Assembly (NCBI GenBank): GCA_008632985.1
Contig: QPGO01000074.1
Location: 248,001-312,000, forward strand
Direction: 5' to 3'
Length of the DNA: 64,000 bases
Origin: Psammoneis japonica
Taxonomy: Eukaryota
The notes under the pieces: generated by a model
What the model was told of the DNA's origin: nothing
Databases searched by the model: none
What the model saw: the letters and a program-made list of their open reading frames with translations, nothing else
In this document: piece after piece, positions 61,361 through 64,000 of the stretch
Numbering within the stretch: position 1 is the stretch's first letter
How the letters are laid out: each line of letters begins with the position of its first letter
Program-made: the position numbers and the translations under genes

Positions 61361-64000
61361 ATGCTAAACATGGCAAGGGCAAGACTCAAACCATTAAGGC
61401 ACTGCTATATAGTGGCGCCAGCAGTGCTCTACTCGACAGTCGATACTGTAAACGTCTGCGAAGCCATTCAACGGCTGAAACAAACTGGACTACGGACGGC
61501 AGCAGGCTCGTTCAGTACGTCTAACGACTATACCGTTAAATTTTGGTTACCAGAATTATACGAAACTGCAGAACTTAAACATACCGTCCACGTACACAAC
61601 GGAAAGTTGGGCAAGTACGATATGATTATTGGACGTGACATTCTGGAGACACAAGGCATTGATATTGTCTTCTCTAAACAGATGATAGAGTGGCCATTAG
61701 TCAATGGAGAAGTACCAATGAGGCACGTAGATGCTACGGTAGAAACCTCCTTCTATCTTCAAGATCCAGAAGCCTTATCTTCGGAAACCGACCGGATTTC
61801 GCGTATTTTAGACGCTAAGTACGCGCCGGCCTGCCTCAAGGACATAACGCGAGGGGCAATAGGAATTTCTATAGTTCAACAAAACGACCTTTTGGCATTA
61901 TTGAAACGCCATGAGTCCTTATTTGATGGGACATTAGGAGAATGGAAGGGAGAACCCTACCATATCCAACTCAAGGAGGGTGTAGAACCATACCACGCTC
62001 GTCCGTATAAAGTACCTCGTGCGTACGAAGCTACGCTACGTAAAGAAGTAGAACGCCTAGTACGTATTGGTGTTCTCAAACGCGTTAACCGATCCCAATG
62101 GGCAGCTCCATCATTTATCATACCGAAGAAAGATTTAACGGTACGTTTTATTAATGATTTGAGAGAGCTGAATAAACGGATCAAGCGATTGCCTTATGCG
62201 ATTCCTCATATCCAAGACATGCTACTTGAGCTCGAAGGCTTTATGTGGGCTACATCACTGCATTTAAATGTCGGCTGTTATCACATCCGATTGGATGCTG
62301 ACAGCAAGAAGCTCTGCACGCTCATCTTCCCGTGGGGCAAGTATGAGATGCAGGCATTGCCCATGGGATCATGCAATTCGCCAGACATTTTCCAAGAACG
62401 CATGTCAGGCTCATTTGAAGATCTGTCGTTCGCTCGAACGCACTTAGATGACCTTCTCGTCGTGACGAAAGGCACCTGTGAAGATCACCTCAACAAACTT
62501 GAAGAAGTTTCATTGAGGGTCCAGAAAGCAGGACTAAAAGTTAACGCAACTAAATCTCACTTCTGTCAAACCCAATTAGAGTGCTTGGGTCATCTGGCCA
62601 ACAGAGACGGAATGCGACCAATGCCCAATGAAGTCGACGCCATTGAGCAAATCGCGACCCCAGCCAATGAACGTGACCTGCGCTCATTTGTTGGCATGGT
62701 GAACTGCTGCCGCGACACGTGGATTAGACTTTCTGAAGTCTTGGCTTCGCTGACACGACTCGCAAGCGAGACTGTCAAGTGGAAGTGGACGTCCATTGAA
62801 GACGAGGCGTTCCAAACCGTCAAACGGGTGACATCGGACAATGTTTCATTGTCACATCCTGATTTTAACAAACCCTTTGAGATGCATGCCGATGCCTCTA
62901 AATGTCAATTGGGAGCAGTTGCATCCCAAGACAACAAACCTGTCGCCTTTTACAGCAGAAAGCTTGACAGTGCGCAATTAAATTGTGCAACAACGGAGAG
63001 AGAATTGCTCGCCATTGTGGAGACGTTGAAAGAATTTCGAACGATTCTCCTTGGTCATCGTGTGGTCACATGTGCTGATCATAAAAAATCTTACGACGCG
63101 TTCCAGGTCTAGGTGGGACCTCGCACTGCTGAACTGTGACATCGACAGTTTTTTGAATCTCGTCGTATGTCGCGCACGTAGAATTCTACGTGATTTTTTG
63201 ACATTTTGTGTCATTTTATGGTGCACTTGTTGAGCGATCCGTCCAAAAACTTTTGACATTTTTTGTCACAGCGCGATTCTATGATGTCTTAAGAATCGCG
63301 CAGGGCAGGTGCATTTGCAAAAACGTCGAGTGGCAAGAGGCACAATTGTGCCACAAACTTGGCCGTTTATTTGATGTTGAAGATGGTTGCATCCATTGAT
63401 TAAATTCTCGCACTGCGGAGCTCGCACGTAGAATTCTGCGGGCCCAATGTCACACGGAGTCCCACCTGGGGCTGGAACGCGTCTTACGTGCAAAGCACTC
63501 AATGCCGAGCGCGCCATGCGCTGGCGGTTGACATGCGAAGAATGCGGTCCCGAATTACGCTGTGTCAAGGGTGCCCACAACCTGGTCGCTGACGCTCTTG
63601 GTCGCCTTCGACCAGCACCCAGCTTGCCTTCCGAGGCCAATCTGGATGCAAAAGACACTCCATCGAGTCGTCCTTTGCATGAAGCTTTTAATGCAGACGC
63701 GCAAGATGAGACATCTCTGCCTGTTAGCTTCAAGCGCATTCAAAAAGCACAACAAAAGGACAAGCGCCTGCTCTCACGAGCTGAGGACTCGTCCGACTGC
63801 TCCATTTGCGCGCATCGTGGGGGAAGGTCATCACCACAGTTAATCTGTCATAAGGACAAAATCGCAGTGCCACAGTCATTGCAGGCTCCGCTAACTGAAT
63901 GGCGCCACGAGACACTGTGTCATCCAGGTGAGACACGTGCGGAAACATCCATTGCCCAGCACTTCCATTGGCCCAGTGTGAGGTCTACGGTGCATTCTAC
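61361..64000 (+). pseudogene. pol: pol of the gypsy element (protease, RT, RNase H, start of integrase)
   Basis: ALLYSGASS (protease D>Y, in another frame), YDMIIGRD, WAAPSFIIPKK, HLDDLL (YLDD), DASKCQLGA, TERELLAIV, DHK | MITE | RWRL, NLVADALGRL, HETLCHPG. Confidence 0.92.
63096..63482 (+). mobile_element. MITE, copy 3 of 3 (least mutated), inserted in RNase H
   Basis: Perfect terminal ACGCGTTCCAG/CTGGAACGCGT extending to an imperfect ~24-bp TIR; perfect 6-bp TSD CTTACG (63090-63095, 63483-63488). Confidence 0.92.

Larger units (their letters stand above)
59644..64000 (+). mobile_element. Ty3/gypsy LTR retrotransposon, inactivated; runs off the window
   Basis: gag then PR-RT-RNaseH-IN order; 5' LTR boundaries only approximate. 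Confidence 0.93.

Noticed and set aside
26420..64000. Alternative genetic code or RNA editing as the explanation for Tyr>Cys/His
   Set aside because: The changes are frame-independent, occur on both strands and in non-coding MITE/LTR DNA, and host genes use Tyr normally.
26420..64000. Classical fungal RIP or simple 5mC decay
   Set aside because: RIP creates TpA, whereas here TpA is destroyed; CpG decay cannot explain A>G at TpA.

Overview
Eukaryotic genomic DNA, most likely a pennate diatom (inferred from bipartite signal+ASAF-type plastid targeting peptides, short GT-AG introns and the gene families present). About 1-26.3 kb is gene-rich: SAM methyltransferase, thioredoxin, a two-TM beta-propeller receptor-like kinase, a plastid-targeted DUF4242 protein, GT92 glycosyltransferase, sugar transporter, SPCS3 and glucosidase II beta. 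Three repeat islands interrupt it. About 26.4-64 kb is a nest of decayed transposons (piggyBac-like with SAP/YqaJ, Sola-like, Plavaka-like, RAG1/Transib-like, Ty3/gypsy, MITEs, a tiny LTR element) plus a Crinkler-like NTPase-nuclease pseudogene. The most striking signal is a repeat-restricted hypermutation that converts TpA to TpG/CpA (A:T to G:C), the reverse of fungal RIP, on top of CpG decay. Direct evidence: a ~550-bp copy of the glucosidase II beta gene in the repeat block has lost all 17 TpA sites of the intact gene by my manual alignment, and conserved Tyr residues in the transposon proteins are systematically Cys/His. The process is patchy, runs ahead of CpG decay in the young gypsy element, and spares the intact paralog and a pseudogene lying among genes. 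Family assignments are by motif recognition only; no searches were run.
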